Of a stretch of 25,026 nt of DNA, positions 24,519 through 25,026 are shown piece by piece. Every line of letters starts with the position of its first letter. Position 1 is the stretch's first letter. The position numbers and the translations under genes are program-made. The DNA comes from an uncultured virus (IMG/VR IMGVR_UViG_3300030419_006277) (lineage: Duplodnaviria; Heunggongvirae; Uroviricota; Caudoviricetes), in the IMG/VR virus record IMGVR_UViG_3300030419_006277, positions 62,001-87,026 of that record, one strand, 5' to 3'. The notes beneath the pieces are model-generated. The model was not told where the DNA came from. It saw only the letters and a list, made by a program, of their open reading frames with translations, and did not search any database.

Positions 24519-24863
24519 CTAACTGGATATTTTCTCTTTTATCTTTTTGAATGTAGTTTTTGTCCAATCAAAAGCTTTTAATACGTATGGGATACAGAAA
24601 TCAATTAGCTTTTTAATATCTTTTGCTAAGTCTTTTAGTTCTTTTTTAACTAATTTCCATCTAGCTTTTATATCAGCCCAATATGCTGATGGGGGTATTA
24701 GTTCTGGTTCTGTTTCTTTTGTTGGTTCAGTCACGGTTTTAATGATTGGTTGGGCTTGTACCCTAGGTCTTGAGACTACTGCTACTTTACTTAGGAATTC
24801 ATCTGCTTTTTTTCTTGGGCTTTTAATTGTTCTAGTAGCCGTAACCATCATCGTTGTGATCAT
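24519..24863 (-). CDS. Hypothetical cyanophage protein with an amphipathic C-terminal helix
   Basis: LIPPSAYWADIKARWKL..E...L.KD; the true start is probably an internal ATG. Confidence 0.7.
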   Translation of the reverse strand: MITTMMVTATRTIKSPRKKADEFLSKVAVVSRPRVQAQPIIKTVTEPTKETEPELIPPSAYWADIKARWKLVKKELKDLAKDIKKLIDFCIPYVLKAFDWTKTTFKKIKEKISS

Positions 24864-24942
24864 CTGCGCCTAATATTAATACCCAAAGCCATATAAGGCC
24901 AAGAATTAACATAATTGTTTCAAATACTGGTATTGGAATCAT
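24832..24942 (-). CDS. Small single-transmembrane peptide (36 aa, not in ORF track)
   Basis: MIPIPVFETIMLILGLIWLWVLILGADDHNDDGYGY. Confidence 0.5.
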   Translation of the reverse strand: MIPIPVFETIMLILGLIWLWVLILGADDHNDDGYGY

Positions 24943-25026
24943 CGACAATCTTTACTTTATAGATGGTGGTTTTGGCTGCTTTCTTGGCAAATGAAAGATC
25001 GATTCTTTTCTTTAGCCAATAGAGAA

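Noticed and set aside
18393..24873. ORFs 18393-18587, 18606-18950, 18704-18931, 19792-20007, 20558-20902, 22130-22438, 22330-22566, 23422-23604 and 24547-24873
   Set aside because: They are shadows of psbA or other preferred ORFs; 23422-23604 conflicts with the translationally coupled minus-strand ORF 23365-23541.
1..25026. Cyanobacterial chromosome or prophage origin; tRNA, rRNA, integrase, transposase or intron
   Set aside because: No housekeeping synteny, the replication genes are phage-type, psbA and polA are uninterrupted, and no cloverleaf or recombinase motifs were seen by eye. A tRNAscan/Rfam run would be needed for certainty.

Overview
This is an AT-rich, densely coding fragment of a lytic-type dsDNA cyanophage. 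The host is probably Prochlorococcus or marine Synechococcus, inferred from the D1 sequence and several picocyanobacterial-type small genes. A minus-strand replication/recombination block encodes a Prim-Pol/PriCT-2/SF3 primase-helicase, a PD-(D/E)XK exonuclease, a Gp157-like protein, a DUF5895-like protein, a tandem-OB SSB and, separately, a T7-type family A DNA polymerase. Auxiliary genes are psbA, hli, hsp20, a DUF4278-like peptide, two 2OG-Fe(II) oxygenases, a SET-domain protein and a small beta-barrel outer-membrane protein. About 11 small ORFs below the ORF-track cutoff were found by hand. The main leads are: (i) dispersed low-complexity ORFans sharing an upstream TARAATWAAAGA-like motif and a short F-L-x-x-Y peptide motif; (ii) an unexplained GC-rich three-way-junction RNA with a possible kissing loop at about 17458-17540; (iii) a GTA-N8-TAC NtcA box in repressor position on the DUF4278-like gene; (iv) psbA with a replication module that fits neither T4-like nor T7-like cyanophages. 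All family calls come from motif recognition by eye; no searches were run.
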